Notes: a model not told the origin generated them from the letters alone. A stretch of DNA of 64,000 bases from Betaproteobacteria bacterium (GCA_016195915.1 JACPYS010000055.1:516-64515); one strand, 5' to 3'; counted from the first letter of the stretch, positions 52,084 to 63,630 are shown. Program-made: numbers and translations.

Positions 52084-52479
52084 TCACGGCATCGAAATCT
52101 TGCGCTCAATAAACTCGATCTTGTACCCGTCCGGATCCTCGATGAACGCGATCACCGTGGTGCCGCCCTTGACCGGACCGACTTCGCGCGTCACGGCGCC
52201 CCCGTGGGCACGCACTGCCTCGCAGGCGCTCTTCGCGTCGGGGACTTCGATCGCGAGATGACCGAAGGCTGTACCGAGCTCGTACTTGTCCACGCCGTAG
52301 TTGTAGGTCAGCTCGATCACCGAAGCCTTGTCTTCCATGTCGTAGCCGACAAAGGCGAGCGAGTACTTCTGCTCCGGGCGGTCAGTTTCGCGCAGCAGTT
52401 TCATGCCGAGCACCTCGGTATAGAACTTCACCGAGCGCTTCAGATCACCGACGCGCAGCATGGTATGCAGTAGCCTCAT
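52084..52479 (-). CDS. gloA: lactoylglutathione lyase
   Basis: [32 protein letters not shown]. Confidence 0.96.
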   Translation of the reverse strand: MRLLHTMLRVGDLKRSVKFYTEVLGMKLLRETDRPEQKYSLAFVGYDMEDKASVIELTYNYGVDKYELGTAFGHLAIEVPDAKSACEAVRAHGGAVTREVGPVKGGTTVIAFIEDPDGYKIEFIERKISMP

Positions 52480-53255
52480 GGCACTCCTCCGATGTGTGGA
52501 ATCGCAGCGGCGGCGAGATGCAGTTCGCGCCGCGCCTTGCGGCAGTCAGGATACAGCGATTTGAGCGTCGTCCAGAAGCGGCGCGAATGGTTGAGTTCGA
52601 CCAGGTGTGCAACCTCGTGGGCGATCACGTAGTCGGCAAGACGCGGCGCGACGTGCACCAGGCGCCAGGCAATCCGGATGCGACCCTTCCGGTCGCAGTT
52701 TCCCCATTGGGAGCGTGCTGAAGACAGGGTCACCGGCGGGGCGGCCAACCCCAAGCGCGCCGCGAAGTGCCCCGCGCGTGGTGTGAAGGCTTCGAGCGCG
52801 GTGCGTTTCAGCCACGCGACCAGCGCCCCGCATGCGGCGGCGCCATCAAGCGGATTGCGCAATTCAAGCACCAGCGCGCCGGGCTCGCGCAGCACAGTAC
52901 CTGCTCCTCGGCGCACTTCGAGGCGCAGTGTTTCGCCAGCGACGCAAAGCGTTTCTCCGTCGATGCCAAACATGCGAACGGGGCGCGGCACGCTGCGCCA
53001 CTCCTCGAGCCGGGTGGTGATCCAGCGCGCCTTGCTTGCAATAAAGGCGTCGATATCGCGCCACGGCGCCGCGGGAGGGGCGCTGACTGCGAGGCCCTCC
53101 GCGTCAACGCTGATCGCGATGGTGCGTCGCCGCCTTCGGCTGATGCGGTATTCGACCAGCCGTCCGTCCAGAAAAGCGTGCCTGCGTTGTTCACCCTGAA
53201 GCGCTTGCCGCTCGCCAATCTGCCCGAACAGCGTCAGTTGTCTTGGGCTGGGCAA
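52476..53255 (-). CDS. YgjP/DUF45 zinc metalloprotease-like protein
   Basis: [23 protein letters not shown] (HExxH). Confidence 0.88.
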   Translation of the reverse strand: MPSPRQLTLFGQIGERQALQGEQRRHAFLDGRLVEYRISRRRRRTIAISVDAEGLAVSAPPAAPWRDIDAFIASKARWITTRLEEWRSVPRPVRMFGIDGETLCVAGETLRLEVRRGAGTVLREPGALVLELRNPLDGAAACGALVAWLKRTALEAFTPRAGHFAARLGLAAPPVTLSSARSQWGNCDRKGRIRIAWRLVHVAPRLADYVIAHEVAHLVELNHSRRFWTTLKSLYPDCRKARRELHLAAAAIPHIGGVP

Positions 53256-53300
53256 CGCTTGCTTTGCCGGGTATTAATGTACGCTTCAACCATGCCGGGC

Positions 53301-53624
53301 TTACGAAGCGAGCTTTGCGCTCGCGAGCCGATTCAGACTGACTCCCTGTTCAGCAGCCTGCATGGCCAAGGCACGATGAACTTCCGGCGGGATCCGCACG
53401 CGAAATTCGCCGCTATAGTGTTTCTCCGCGAGGGGTACGGGAACGGCCTCTCCCGAGGACTCCATGTCCGCGACTGCCGTCGAAACGATCTGCCGAATCC
53501 CCTTCAGGGCGGCCTCCGGCGTGGCGGCCAGCCATGACAGCGACGGAAATTCCGCGCACAGACCGACATGTTCGCCATCTTCCGACGACCACGTGACGCG
53601 GTAGGTGTAGTGATCAACGCTCAT
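53301..53624 (-). CDS. hicB: HicB-family antitoxin
   Basis: YTYRVTWS.ED, EFPSLSW, YSGEFRVRIPPEVHR.L...A...GVSLN. Confidence 0.9.
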   Translation of the reverse strand: MSVDHYTYRVTWSSEDGEHVGLCAEFPSLSWLAATPEAALKGIRQIVSTAVADMESSGEAVPVPLAEKHYSGEFRVRIPPEVHRALAMQAAEQGVSLNRLASAKLAS

Positions 53625-53871
53625 CGTGCATGCCCTCCAGCTTTTCGATTGCGAGTAGCACTTGCCGGACCTGATACGCCTTGGCCTTGCCTTTCTGGTC
53701 CTGGATGTTGATGCGAGGATCGCCGACCCAGGGCGTCTTGAAGATCGCATGGCTGGTACCCGCCTGACGTGGCTTGCCGAAAAATGTCTCGCACACTTTC
53801 TTCAGATCGCCGAACCGCACGTTCACCGGTTCTCGCCGCATCTGGTCGAGGATTTTGTCGGCAGACGTCAC
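53614..53871 (-). CDS. hicA: HicA-family toxin
   Basis: NVRF.DL.KVC..FFG.PRQ..TSH..FKTPW.GDPRINIQ...GKAK.YQVRQ. Confidence 0.85.
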   Translation of the reverse strand: MTSADKILDQMRREPVNVRFGDLKKVCETFFGKPRQAGTSHAIFKTPWVGDPRINIQDQKGKAKAYQVRQVLLAIEKLEGMHDER

Positions 53872-53878
53872 AATCGTA

Positions 53879-53898
53879 TGGTATCAATAGTGGAACCA
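53879..53898. promoter_or_regulatory. palindromic operator upstream of hicAB
   Basis: TGGTATCA-ATAG-TGGAACCA imperfect palindrome immediately upstream of a TACGAT -10-like hexamer and the GTG start. Confidence 0.55.
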
Positions 53899-53944
53899 CG
53901 CATCAATCCACCCGTCCCGCTGAGGCATAGAATCCGCAAGGATC

Positions 53945-54142
53945 ATGACGACGCTCGAACTTACCCTGAACCTGCCCGACGATCTCGCGCGCCAGGCGCG
54001 GGCCGCCGGCTCCTCGAGATCGGCGAGGCGCTGCAGGCGAGTGACCTGCCTCCGATGAGCGAAGACGAGATCCCGGCCGAAGTCGACGCCGTGCGCGCCG
54101 CGCGCCGCGCCATGCGCGATGCGCCTGGTGCTTGACACGAAT
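53945..54142 (+). pseudogene. decayed antitoxin + PIN-toxin (VapBC-like) remnant
   Basis: MTTLELTLNLPDDLARQARAAG breaks frame into LLEIGEALQASDLPPMSEDEIPAEVDAVRAARR. An overlapping ATG at 54119 gives MRLVLDTN (PIN N-terminus), after which similarity stops. Confidence 0.65.
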
Positions 54143-54155
54143 TGCCGGAGCAGCG

Positions 54156-54875
54156 TCAGTTTGCACGGGCCGGGCAAAGCTCCTCCTGCTGCGTTTCGAT
54201 CCATGTTTCGGCTTCCGCGGTGATCGCCTCCGCAGTGCGGCCCGCAGTTTCAATTGCTGGGCCCACGCGTACGGTCACCAACCCCGCGCGTTTGAGGAAC
54301 GCATTGCGCGGCCAGACGAGGCCCGCGTTGTGGGCGACCGGCACCACCGGCACCCCGGCCTTGGCCGCAAGCCAGGCCCCCCCGAGCTGGTAGCGCCGGC
54401 GCTCACCCGGTGCGACGCGCGTGCCCTCGGGGAATACCACCACCCAGAAGCCTTGCGCGAGGCGCTCGCGCCCCTGGCGCACCATGGCTTTGAGCGCCGT
54501 CGCGCCCCTCGAGCGATCGATCGCGATCGGACTCATCAGCGCAAGGCCCCAGCCGAAAAAAGGAATCCACAGCAACTCGCGTTTGAGCACGTGGACCTGC
54601 GGCGGGAACAGTTTCTGAAACACCATCGTTTCCCATGCCGAATGGTGCTTGGAAAGGATCACTGAAGGTGTCGCGGGCAGGCGTTCGAGTCCTTCGACGC
54701 GGTAGCGGATGCCGCAGATCGCACGTGCCAACGCGATCATGGTGCGTGCCCAGCCCGTGATGATGCGGTAGCGGAGCATGCGCGGCAGCGGAGCGGTCGC
54801 GAGGAGAATCAGTGCATACGGCGGGGTGAACAGGACCATCGCGAGCGCAAACAGGCTCGAGCGTAACCAGATCAT
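54156..54875 (-). CDS. plsC: 1-acyl-sn-glycerol-3-phosphate acyltransferase
   Basis: KHHSAWET, FPEGTR, PVVPVAHN. Confidence 0.88.
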   Translation of the reverse strand: MIWLRSSLFALAMVLFTPPYALILLATAPLPRMLRYRIITGWARTMIALARAICGIRYRVEGLERLPATPSVILSKHHSAWETMVFQKLFPPQVHVLKRELLWIPFFGWGLALMSPIAIDRSRGATALKAMVRQGRERLAQGFWVVVFPEGTRVAPGERRRYQLGGAWLAAKAGVPVVPVAHNAGLVWPRNAFLKRAGLVTVRVGPAIETAGRTAEAITAEAETWIETQQEELCPARAN

Positions 54876-55405
54876 TTGAGGAAATCATTGACGAACGCGG
54901 CGAGGTCCGGAAACACGCGCGTTCCCTCCGGAAGTCCGCCGTCCTTTTGCGTCTTGCGTCCCTTGCCTGTCAGCACCAGCACCGGCATTGCACCCACGGC
55001 CGCGGCTGCCTGCAAATCACGCATTGCGTCGCCGACGAAGGGCACCCCGTCGAGCGCGACGTTCATGCGCCGGCCGATTTCGAGGAGCATCCCCGGATTG
55101 GGCTTGCGGCACTCGCAATTCGCATCGGCCGCGTGAGGGCAGAAGAACACGGCATCGATGCGCCCACCTGCATGTGCAACCGCCTTGTGCATCGCGTCGT
55201 GGATCGCGTTGAGCGTGGCCATGTCGAACAGCCCGCGCGCGAGTCCGGACTGGTTTGTCGCAACCACTACCCGGTAGCCGCCTTGCGTCAGCAGCGCGAT
55301 CGCCTCGAGGCTGCCCTTGATCGGCCTCCACTCCGCCGGCGACTTGATGTACTGATCGCTGTCGTGGTTGATGGTCCCATCGCGGTCCAAGATGACCAGT
55401 TTCAT
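54872..55405 (-). CDS. gmhB: D,D-heptose 1,7-bisphosphate phosphatase
   Basis: LDRDGTIN, TNQSG, CPH...C.CRKP. Confidence 0.95.
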   Translation of the reverse strand: MKLVILDRDGTINHDSDQYIKSPAEWRPIKGSLEAIALLTQGGYRVVVATNQSGLARGLFDMATLNAIHDAMHKAVAHAGGRIDAVFFCPHAADANCECRKPNPGMLLEIGRRMNVALDGVPFVGDAMRDLQAAAAVGAMPVLVLTGKGRKTQKDGGLPEGTRVFPDLAAFVNDFLK

Positions 55406-57483
55406 GTGGCGAGCCTGGAGATGTCGGCGACGCGGTTCATCGCGCGGTCCAGTTGCTGCAGCAGCAGCAGGCGGTTGGTGCGCAGTTCCGCGTCTTCCGC
55501 GTTGACCATCACGCTGTCGAAGAACGCATCGACCGGCGCCTTGAGCGCCGCCAGAGACGAAAGGGCTTCGACGTAGCGCCCGGCCTCCAGGTGCGCTGCG
55601 GCCTGTGCCTCGACCCGACCGAACGCGTCGTAAAGAGACGATTCAGCGGCTTCCACGAGCATTCCCGGCAGGAATGCCGTACCGGCGGGCGGCGCCGACT
55701 TGTTCAGAATATTGCGGATGCGCTTGTTGGCTGCGGCAAGGCTCGCCGCCTCCGGCAGCGCCAGGAAGGCACGCACGGCCTCGAGTTGTAGCGGCACCAG
55801 ATCGAGGCGCGCCGGGCGCATGCCGAGAACCGCATCGACTTCGAGCGTCGAGTACTTCTGTTCCCTGAGATAACCGGAGAACCGTTCGAAGACGAATGTC
55901 TCCAGGTCTGCGCTCGCATCGCCGATGCGAGCGTTGAATCCGGCAAAGGCGGCGCCCAGGATCTTCCCCAGCGTGAGAGGCAACCTGCGCTCCACGAGGA
56001 TCCGTATCACGCCGAGCGCGGCGCGACGCAGTCCGTAGGGATCCCGGTCACCGGTGGGCTGCTGGCCGATGCCGAACAGGCCCGCGAGCGTGTCGAGTTT
56101 ATCCGCGATTGCGACGGCGATCGCGACGGGCCCTTCGGGCAGGGCGTCGCCGGCGAAGCGCGGACGGTAGTGCTGTTCGATCGCGTCGGCGACCTCCGCG
56201 TTCTCCCCGTCGTGCAGCGCGTAGTGGCGGCCCATCGTGCCCTGCAATTCTGGAAACTCGCCCACCATCCCGGTGATCAGGTCGGCCTTCGCGAGCCACG
56301 CGGCGCGCTCGGCGAGCAGCGCATCGGCCCCGAGCAGGCGCGCAAGGCTACCAGCGAGGAGTTGCACGCGCTCGACGCGCTCGAGCTGGCTGCCCAGTTT
56401 GGCGTGATAGACCACGGCGGCGAGTTTCGGCACGCGGGCTTCGAGGCGGGTCTTGCGATCCTGGTCGAAAAAGAAGCGCGCATCCTCCAGGCGCGGGCGA
56501 ACCACGCGCTGGTTGCCGTCGATCACGTGGCGAGGGTCGTCGAGTGCCATGTTGGAGACGATCAGAAAACGCGGCAGCAATCTGCCGTCCGCGCCGAACA
56601 ACGGGAAATACTTCTGGTTCTTGCGCATCGTAAGGATCAGGCACTCCTGCGGCACCCCGAGGAAATCCGCATCGAAGGTGCCGGCGTAAACGCTAGGATG
56701 CTCCACCAGCGCCGCAACTTCACCGAGCAGGACCGCGATATCCTCCGCTGATCCCAGCGAGGCGCCGAGTTCGGCCGCTTTCGCGTTCAGCTGCTCCCTG
56801 ATCCGCGCTTCCCGGGCGTCGAAGCCGGCGAGCACCATGCAGTCTTTCGCGCCCAACCACGCTTCGTAGTCGCCGGCGGAGCGAAGAACGATTTCGTCCC
56901 TTCCCATGAAACGATGCCCGCGCGTGCGATTGCCCGAGTCGAGGCCGAGCACGATTCCCGGCACGACGCGTTCGCCGTGCAGCATCACCAGGCGATGTAC
57001 CGGGCGCACGAACTGCGCATCGCCGTCCCCCCAGCGCATGAGCTTCGGGATCGGCAGCCGCTTGAGGGCTTTTTCCACCAGCTCCGCCAGTACGGTGTCC
57101 AGCGTGATTTCTCCCGTCACGACGCGCGCCACGAACACTTCGCCTTTCGGCGTGCCGCGGCGTTCGAGCGCTTCCACCGCGATCCCCGCCTTCTTCGCAA
57201 ATCCGATGATCGCCTGCGTCGGCTTGCCGTTCGCGTCCAACCCGACTTTGACCGACGGCCCCGCGATTTCCTTTTCCTCTCCCGCAACCCTGTCCAGGAC
57301 TTCCGGTATCACGGCCGCCAGCCGTCGCGGCGTCGCGTAGTGCCTTGGTACGACGGTGCGCGCGACGAGCTTGAGCTTCGCCAGTTCCTCGAACAGCCAG
57401 CTGCAAAAGTTGACGTCGAAGTCCCTGAGCGATTTGGGCGGCAGTTCCTCGCTCAGTATTTCCACCAGCAGCGTCGCCTTCAT
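55402..57483 (-). CDS. glyS: glycine-tRNA ligase beta subunit
   Basis: EELPPK, TPRRL, MRWG, EFPELQG.MG, DPYGLRR. Confidence 0.97.
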   Translation of the reverse strand: MKATLLVEILSEELPPKSLRDFDVNFCSWLFEELAKLKLVARTVVPRHYATPRRLAAVIPEVLDRVAGEEKEIAGPSVKVGLDANGKPTQAIIGFAKKAGIAVEALERRGTPKGEVFVARVVTGEITLDTVLAELVEKALKRLPIPKLMRWGDGDAQFVRPVHRLVMLHGERVVPGIVLGLDSGNRTRGHRFMGRDEIVLRSAGDYEAWLGAKDCMVLAGFDAREARIREQLNAKAAELGASLGSAEDIAVLLGEVAALVEHPSVYAGTFDADFLGVPQECLILTMRKNQKYFPLFGADGRLLPRFLIVSNMALDDPRHVIDGNQRVVRPRLEDARFFFDQDRKTRLEARVPKLAAVVYHAKLGSQLERVERVQLLAGSLARLLGADALLAERAAWLAKADLITGMVGEFPELQGTMGRHYALHDGENAEVADAIEQHYRPRFAGDALPEGPVAIAVAIADKLDTLAGLFGIGQQPTGDRDPYGLRRAALGVIRILVERRLPLTLGKILGAAFAGFNARIGDASADLETFVFERFSGYLREQKYSTLEVDAVLGMRPARLDLVPLQLEAVRAFLALPEAASLAAANKRIRNILNKSAPPAGTAFLPGMLVEAAESSLYDAFGRVEAQAAAHLEAGRYVEALSSLAALKAPVDAFFDSVMVNAEDAELRTNRLLLLQQLDRAMNRVADISRLAT

Positions 57484-58395
57484 CTACGTCACCTTCGCCG
57501 CGCCGGCAAGCATCGGAAAGCCGAGCCGTTCGCGCGATTCGTAATAGGCCTGCGCCACGCCCCGGGCGAGCGCGCGAACCCGTCCTATGTAGACGGCGCG
57601 CTCGGTGACCGAGATCGCGCCGCGCGCATCGAGCAGGTTGAACGAGTGCGAGCACTTCATGACCATCTCGTAGGCCGGCAGCACGCACTGCGCCTCGATC
57701 AGTCGCCTGGCCTCCGTCTCGAACTCGGTGAAATGCCGGAAAAGCATTTCGGCATTGGACAACTCGAAGTTGTAGCGCGATTGCTCGACTTCGTTCTGGT
57801 GGTAGACGTCGCGATAGAGGATCGGACCCGATCCGCGCGCCTCCGACCCGGCCGTCCAGACGAGGTCGAAGACGTTCTGCTTGCCCTGCAGGACCATGGC
57901 CAGGCGCTCCAGGCCGTAGGTGATCTCGCCCAGCACCGGCCGGCAGGCCAGGCTGCCGACTTCCTGAAAATAGGTGAACTGCGTAACCTCCATGCCGTCG
58001 AGCCAGACTTCCCACCCCAGGCCCCAGGCACCGAGCGTCGGCGATTCCCAGTCGTCCTCGACGAAGCGGATGTCGTGTTCGCGCGCGTCGATGCCGATCG
58101 CGGCGAGACTCTCCAGGTAGCGTTCCTGGATGTCCAGCGGAGACGGCTTCATCACCACCTGGTACTGGTAGTAGTGCTGGAGCCGGTTGGGGTTCTCCCC
58201 GTAACGCCCGTCCTTCGGGCGGCGCGAAGGCTGTACGTAGGCTGCGTTCCAGGGCTCCGGTCCGATCGCGCGCAGGAAGGTCGCGGTGTGGAACGTGCCG
58301 GCACCGACCTCCATGTCGTAGGGTTGCAGCAGCGCACATGCCTGGCGGTCCCAGAATTCGTTCAAACGCAGGATGAGTTGTTGGAAGGTCAGCAT
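57484..58395 (-). CDS. glyQ: glycine-tRNA ligase alpha subunit
   Basis: [41 protein letters not shown]. Confidence 0.98.
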   Translation of the reverse strand: MLTFQQLILRLNEFWDRQACALLQPYDMEVGAGTFHTATFLRAIGPEPWNAAYVQPSRRPKDGRYGENPNRLQHYYQYQVVMKPSPLDIQERYLESLAAIGIDAREHDIRFVEDDWESPTLGAWGLGWEVWLDGMEVTQFTYFQEVGSLACRPVLGEITYGLERLAMVLQGKQNVFDLVWTAGSEARGSGPILYRDVYHQNEVEQSRYNFELSNAEMLFRHFTEFETEARRLIEAQCVLPAYEMVMKCSHSFNLLDARGAISVTERAVYIGRVRALARGVAQAYYESRERLGFPMLAGAAKVT

Positions 58396-58411
58396 GACGT
58401 GAAGCGCGAGT

Positions 58412-59914
58412 CTAGCGTTTCGCTCCCTTTCGGAGAAGCGCAGCCGCAGCGAGCAGGCCCAGCGCCAGCAAAATCACGGCCGCATTGCCCACGCGAATGT
58501 AAGGCGTTGCGCCGGTATAGCCGTTCGCGGTCGACTCGAGCACGCCTTCCACGAACGGCGCGATGCTCGTTTCGCTCCCGTCGGGGGAGATCATCGCGGT
58601 GCGCCCCGTATTGGTCGCCGTGAGCACGGTTCTGCGCGTTTCAATCGCACGCATCTGGGCGATCTGGAGGTGCTGCGCGGGGGCGAGCGAATCGCCGAAC
58701 CACGCCACGTTGGAGACATTGACGAGCAGGGTTGCCTCGGGTAGCTGCCGCAGGACCTCCTCGCCGAACGCATCTTCGTAACACACGCTGATCGCGATCT
58801 TTTGGCCTGCGATCGCAAGCGGCCGCTGCCGGAGCGATCCGGCGCTGAAGTCCGAGAGCGGAATGCGCAGCACCGACAATACCCAGCCGAAGCCCGGCGG
58901 CACAAACTCGCCGAACGGTACGAGGTGCACTTTGTCATAACGCTGCCGCGGCGAGGCGCCGAAGCTCACCGCGCTGTTGTAGTAATCGCGCGCTCCGTCG
59001 CGCACCGGAACGCCGAGCAGCAAGTCGCCGCCGTTGCGCCGCGCTATCGTTTCGAGCCGGGACAGGAAGTCCGGATCAATGCGCTCGAGAAAGCGCGGGA
59101 TCGCCGTTTCCGGCAACACGATGAGCTGCGCACGGCTGGCCTGCGCCAGGCGTTCGTAGGTGGCCAGGATGCGTGCGTAATGCGCCTCGTCGAATTTCAT
59201 CTCCTGTGGAATCGCGCCTTGCAGCAGCGAAAACCGCACGGCTGAGCCGCCACGCTGCGTCCACTCGACGCGATCGAGCGCGAAGCCGAGTGCAAGCGGC
59301 GCTGTGAGGAGGACCCAGCCCGCTACGCGCCGCGGCTGCAACAGCGCGCAACACGCTGATCCCGCGATTAGCCAGGTCACGAGCGTGACTGCAAACACGC
59401 CGCCCACGGGGGCAAACCCGGCAAGCGGGGCCGGCACCATGGCGTAGCCGGTCGCGAGCCACGGAAAACCCGTGAGCAGCCAGCCGCGCAGCCATTCCGA
59501 AAGCGTCCACAGCGCGGGAATCGCGACGCAGGCGCGCAGGGCATCGCCGCCGAACAGGCGCGCCTGCAGGTAGCCGACCGCGGCGGGGTAGAGCGAAAGC
59601 AGTACGCAAAACCCGAGGGTCGCGAGGGCCGCGACCGGGGCTGGCATGCCGCCAAACTGGTTGAGGCTGACGTAGACCCACGAAACGCCGGTGCCGAACA
59701 GACCCATGCCGAACGAAAAACCGATCAGCGCGGCGCTGCGCGCCCCGCGCGCACCGAGCCACAGTCCGGTCAGGGCCGCCGGCGCAACGAGCGCGAGCGG
59801 CCACGACCCGACGGGACGAAACGCTGCGACCATCAATGCGCCGGCGGCTAACGCGAGCGCGGCCGCCGCGAGCGGACGCTCGCTCAGCGCTTGCCTTGCG
59901 GCCAGAGGGTTCAA
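58412..59914 (-). CDS. lnt: apolipoprotein N-acyltransferase
   Basis: [34 protein letters not shown]. Confidence 0.95.
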   Translation of the reverse strand: MNPLAARQALSERPLAAAALALAAGALMVAAFRPVGSWPLALVAPAALTGLWLGARGARSAALIGFSFGMGLFGTGVSWVYVSLNQFGGMPAPVAALATLGFCVLLSLYPAAVGYLQARLFGGDALRACVAIPALWTLSEWLRGWLLTGFPWLATGYAMVPAPLAGFAPVGGVFAVTLVTWLIAGSACCALLQPRRVAGWVLLTAPLALGFALDRVEWTQRGGSAVRFSLLQGAIPQEMKFDEAHYARILATYERLAQASRAQLIVLPETAIPRFLERIDPDFLSRLETIARRNGGDLLLGVPVRDGARDYYNSAVSFGASPRQRYDKVHLVPFGEFVPPGFGWVLSVLRIPLSDFSAGSLRQRPLAIAGQKIAISVCYEDAFGEEVLRQLPEATLLVNVSNVAWFGDSLAPAQHLQIAQMRAIETRRTVLTATNTGRTAMISPDGSETSIAPFVEGVLESTANGYTGATPYIRVGNAAVILLALGLLAAAALLRKGAKR

Positions 59915-60735
59915 GCCTTCGGCTTCTCGACGATCAGCGTGTACACGCGGCGGCTGTCCGCGCGCAGCACATGAAACTTCAGCCCTTCGATGACCAGCGT
60001 TTCGCCGCGCTTGGGCAGGCGACCGAGTTGCGTAATCACCAGTCCGGCGACGGTGTCGTGTCCCTCGTCCGAAAAACGGGTGTCGAACGCGGCGTTGAAA
60101 TCCGCGATCTGGGTGTGCGCCTTGATGCGGTAGCGTCCGCTCGATTCCAGCAGGATGTTGTCGCTCGCCTCGTCGAAGTCGTATTCGTCTTCGATCTCGC
60201 CGACGATCTGCTCGAGCACGTCCTCGATGGTCACCAGGCCCGCCACGCCGCCGTATTCGTCGACCACGATCGCCATGTGGTTGCGGCTGGCGCGGAACTC
60301 GCGCAGCAGCACGTTGAGGCGCTTGGATTCAGGCACGAACACCGCGGGGCGCAGCATCTCGCGCACATTGAATTCTTCCTCTCCTGCGTAGTGGCGCAGC
60401 AGGTCCTTGGCGAGCAGCACGCCGACCACGTCGTCGCGGTTGCCGTCGACCACCGGAAAGCGCGAGTGCGCCGTGGCGATCACCGACGGGATGAACTGGT
60501 CGGGTGTCTCGCCGATGTCGATCACGTCCATCTGCGCGCGCGGAATCATGATGTCGCGCACCTGCAGTTCGGACACACCGAGCGCGCCCTCGATGATCGA
60601 CAGGGCGTCGGCATCGAGCAGGTTGCGCGCGTAGGCGGAACGCAGCAGCGCGACCAGCTGCTCGCGGTCTTCGGGCTCGCGCATCACCAGCGTGGAAAGC
60701 CGCGCCAGCAGCGACGGTCGTGACGGATCGCTCAT
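59911..60735 (-). CDS. corC: CorC/HlyC CBS-domain transporter-associated protein
   Basis: HSRFPV, FVPESK, VDEYGG..GLVTIEDVLEQIVGEIEDE. Confidence 0.9.
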   Translation of the reverse strand: MSDPSRPSLLARLSTLVMREPEDREQLVALLRSAYARNLLDADALSIIEGALGVSELQVRDIMIPRAQMDVIDIGETPDQFIPSVIATAHSRFPVVDGNRDDVVGVLLAKDLLRHYAGEEEFNVREMLRPAVFVPESKRLNVLLREFRASRNHMAIVVDEYGGVAGLVTIEDVLEQIVGEIEDEYDFDEASDNILLESSGRYRIKAHTQIADFNAAFDTRFSDEGHDTVAGLVITQLGRLPKRGETLVIEGLKFHVLRADSRRVYTLIVEKPKA

Positions 60736-61256
60736 GCCGGCCTCATTCTACCTGCGGGCGCCGCACGATACGGATCGGCGAAACCCAGCGCACGCAGAAT
60801 GCGCACCTCCGCGCGTTCCATGCGTGCGGCGGCGCGCGTCCGGGCGTGGCCGTAACCGAGCAGGTGCAGCACCCCGTGCACCGTGAGGTGCGCGAAGTGC
60901 GCCTCGAGCCGCTTGCCCTGCTTCCTTGCTTCACGAGCGACCACGCTCGGGCATAGGACGATATCGCCGCACAGCAGCGGCGCGCTCTCGGTCGCGCGGC
61001 GCCGCGCATAGGAAAAGCTGAGCACGTTGGGAACGTAGTTCGCCCCGCGATACGCCGCGTTCAGCGCGCGCGCCTCACCCGAGGTAACGAGACGAATGGT
61101 GAGCGTCGCGGGTGCGCGCGCGGCGGCCCTTGCCCAGGCGCGAAAGCGCGCCGCCACGGGAATGCCGCGCACCGCGCACGCAATCTGCACCGTCACGGCG
61201 GCCCGGCTAGCCGCGCGCTTCGGTCTTGGTGCGTTTCGCGTTGCGTTCGTACGCAT
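60732..61256 (-). CDS. ybeY: endoribonuclease YbeY
   Basis: NVLSF, GDIVLC, HLTVHGVLHLLGYGH; true start may be further downstream. Confidence 0.9.
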   Translation of the reverse strand: MRTNATRNAPRPKRAASRAAVTVQIACAVRGIPVAARFRAWARAAARAPATLTIRLVTSGEARALNAAYRGANYVPNVLSFSYARRRATESAPLLCGDIVLCPSVVAREARKQGKRLEAHFAHLTVHGVLHLLGYGHARTRAAARMERAEVRILRALGFADPYRAAPAGRMRPA

Positions 61257-62181
61257 CGACGATGCGCGCCACCAGCGGATGGCGTACCACGTCTTCGGAG
61301 AGAAAATCCAGGAACGCGATGCCTCGCACCTTGCGCAGGATGTTGCGGGCCTCGATCAGGCCGCTTTTCTGCCCGTGCGCGAGATCGATTTGCGTAACAT
61401 CGCCCGTGACCACCGCTTTGGCGCCGAAGCCGATGCGCGTGAGGAACATCTTCATTTGCTCGGGCGTGGTGTTTTGCGCCTCGTCGAGAATCACAAACGC
61501 ATGGTTGAGCGTGCGTCCGCGCATGTAGGCGAGCGGCGCGAGCTCGATCGCGCCCCGCTCGAGCAGTTTGCCGACCTTGTCGAATCCCATCAGGTCGTAG
61601 AGCGCGTCGTACAGCGGCCGCAGGTAGGGATCGACCTTCTGCGCGAGGTCGCCCGGCAGGAAACCGAGGCGCTCGCCCGCTTCGACCGCGGGCCGCACCA
61701 GCACGATGCGCTTGACCTTGTCGCGTTCGAGCGCATCGACCGCGCAAGCAACCGCGAGATACGTCTTGCCGGTACCCGCCGGTCCGATGGCAAAGGTGAT
61801 GTCGTGCGCGAGGATGCTCGCGAGATAGCGCACCTGGCGCGGCGTGCGGCCGTGCAGGTCGGGCCGGCGCGTGAGCAGTTGCGGCGACGCGTCTTCCCCG
61901 CTTGCGGGCGGGACGCTGCGCAGCATTTCGCTCAGGCCCAGCTGCAGTTCCTCCACGGTCAGGTCTTCGTCCGCCCGTTGGTAGAAATGCCGCAGCGCAT
62001 GCGCAGCGTGCCTGGCGCGAGCCGATTCCCCCTGCACCGAAAAACGCGCGCCGCGTCGGGCGATCGAGACATCCAGCGCGGTCTCGATCTGGCGCAGGTT
62101 TTCGTCCATCGCTCCGCACAACCGCGCGAGTCGCTGGTTATCGAGCGGATCGAGCCGGACTTCGACCGGTTTGGGTCGCAA
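61207..62181 (-). CDS. PhoH-family ATPase (YbeZ)
   Basis: [36 protein letters not shown]. Confidence 0.93.
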   Translation of the reverse strand: MRPKPVEVRLDPLDNQRLARLCGAMDENLRQIETALDVSIARRGARFSVQGESARARHAAHALRHFYQRADEDLTVEELQLGLSEMLRSVPPASGEDASPQLLTRRPDLHGRTPRQVRYLASILAHDITFAIGPAGTGKTYLAVACAVDALERDKVKRIVLVRPAVEAGERLGFLPGDLAQKVDPYLRPLYDALYDLMGFDKVGKLLERGAIELAPLAYMRGRTLNHAFVILDEAQNTTPEQMKMFLTRIGFGAKAVVTGDVTQIDLAHGQKSGLIEARNILRKVRGIAFLDFLSEDVVRHPLVARIVDAYERNAKRTKTEARG

Positions 62182-62186
62182 GGGGT

Positions 62187-63521
62187 TCAGGCGAGCGCTG
62201 CTTCGTGCGCAACGGGCTCGCCGCGCAGGGAGTGCGCCCGCGCTTCAGTGATGCGTATCTCGAGGAAGCGGCCCGCGAGATGCGCGGCGCCGCGAAAATT
62301 GACCGTGCGGTTGTTACTGGTCCGGCCCGCGAGTTCGCCGGCGTCCTTCTTCGAGCGGCCTTCGACCAGCACGCGTTGAACGGTTCCGATCATGCGTTCG
62401 CTGATGGCGCGCGCGCCCGCCTCGATTTCGGCCTGGAGCCGCGCCAGACGCTCGGATTTGACTTCCGCCGGCGTGTCGTCCGGATACTCCGCCGCCGGTG
62501 TGCCCGGCCGCGGACTGAAGACGAAGCTGAAAGAATCGTCGAAGCCGAGTTCGCGCACCAGCTTCAGCGTCGCGTCGAAATCGGACCCGGTTTCGCCGGG
62601 GAAACCGACGATGAAGTCCGAGGAAATGCTGATTTGCGGCCGCGCCTTGCGCAGCCGCCGGATGATCGAGCGGTATTCGAGCGCGGTATAGCCGCGTTTC
62701 ATCGCTGCCAGCACGCGGTCGGAACCCGATTGCACCGGCAGGTGCACATGGCCGGCCAGCGCGTCGAGCTCGGCGTGCGCGTCGATCAGCCGCTGGGTGA
62801 ACTCGCGCGGGTGCGAAGTGGTGTAGCGGATGCGCTCGATGCCGTCGATTTCGGCGACGTGCATGAGCAGTTCTGCGAAATCCATCCCATCGGCCGCACC
62901 GCGCCAGGCATTGACATTCTGGCCGAGCAGTGTCACCTCCATCACGCCCCGTGCGGCAAGGTCCGCGATTTCCTCGACGACGTCTTCAAACCGACGGGAG
63001 AATTCGGCGCCGCGCGTGTACGGAACGACGCAGAACGTGCAGTACTTGCTGCATCCTTCCATGATCGACACGAAAGCGCTCGCGCCTTCGACGCGCGCCG
63101 GCGGCAGGTGGTCGAATTTTTCGATCTCGGGGAAGCTCACGTCGATCTGCGGCCGCCCTGTGGCGCGCCGGCGCGCCAGCAGTTCCGGCAGGCGATGCAG
63201 CGTCTGGGGCCCGAACACCACATCGACGAAGGGAGCGCGCCTCGCAATCGAGGCGCCTTCCTGGCTCGCCACGCAACCTCCGACCGCGATCAACAGGCCG
63301 GGGTTGGCAAGCTTCAGGTGCTTGACGCGCCCGAGATCGGCAAACACCTTTTCCTGCGCTTTTTCGCGCACCGAGCAGGTGTTGAACACGATCATGTCGG
63401 CATCTTCGGGGCGCAGCACCGGGACGAATCCTTCGGACGCACGCAGCACGTCGGCCATCCTGCCCGAGTCGTACTCGTTCATCTGGCATCCGTAAGTCTT
63501 GATGTACAGCCTTCCTGCCAT
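62187..63521 (-). CDS. miaB: tRNA methylthiotransferase MiaB
   Basis: [28 protein letters not shown] radical-SAM motif, TRAM domain. Confidence 0.97.
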   Translation of the reverse strand: MAGRLYIKTYGCQMNEYDSGRMADVLRASEGFVPVLRPEDADMIVFNTCSVREKAQEKVFADLGRVKHLKLANPGLLIAVGGCVASQEGASIARRAPFVDVVFGPQTLHRLPELLARRRATGRPQIDVSFPEIEKFDHLPPARVEGASAFVSIMEGCSKYCTFCVVPYTRGAEFSRRFEDVVEEIADLAARGVMEVTLLGQNVNAWRGAADGMDFAELLMHVAEIDGIERIRYTTSHPREFTQRLIDAHAELDALAGHVHLPVQSGSDRVLAAMKRGYTALEYRSIIRRLRKARPQISISSDFIVGFPGETGSDFDATLKLVRELGFDDSFSFVFSPRPGTPAAEYPDDTPAEVKSERLARLQAEIEAGARAISERMIGTVQRVLVEGRSKKDAGELAGRTSNNRTVNFRGAAHLAGRFLEIRITEARAHSLRGEPVAHEAALA

Positions 63522-63601
63522 GGGCGAGAGCCGCGCGTTCCTCTTACTGCAGCGCATCCCCCCGGATGACGAGCAAGGCGGCGACTGATGGCGCGCGAAT
63601 C

Positions 63602-63627
63602 ATCTGGGGATGGAATCTGGGGATGGA
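63602..63627. repeat. tandem 13-bp direct repeat at the tRNA 3' end
   Basis: ATCTGGGGATGGA x2, 3 nt from the tRNA CCA end. Confidence 0.75.
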
Positions 63628-63630
63628 AAT

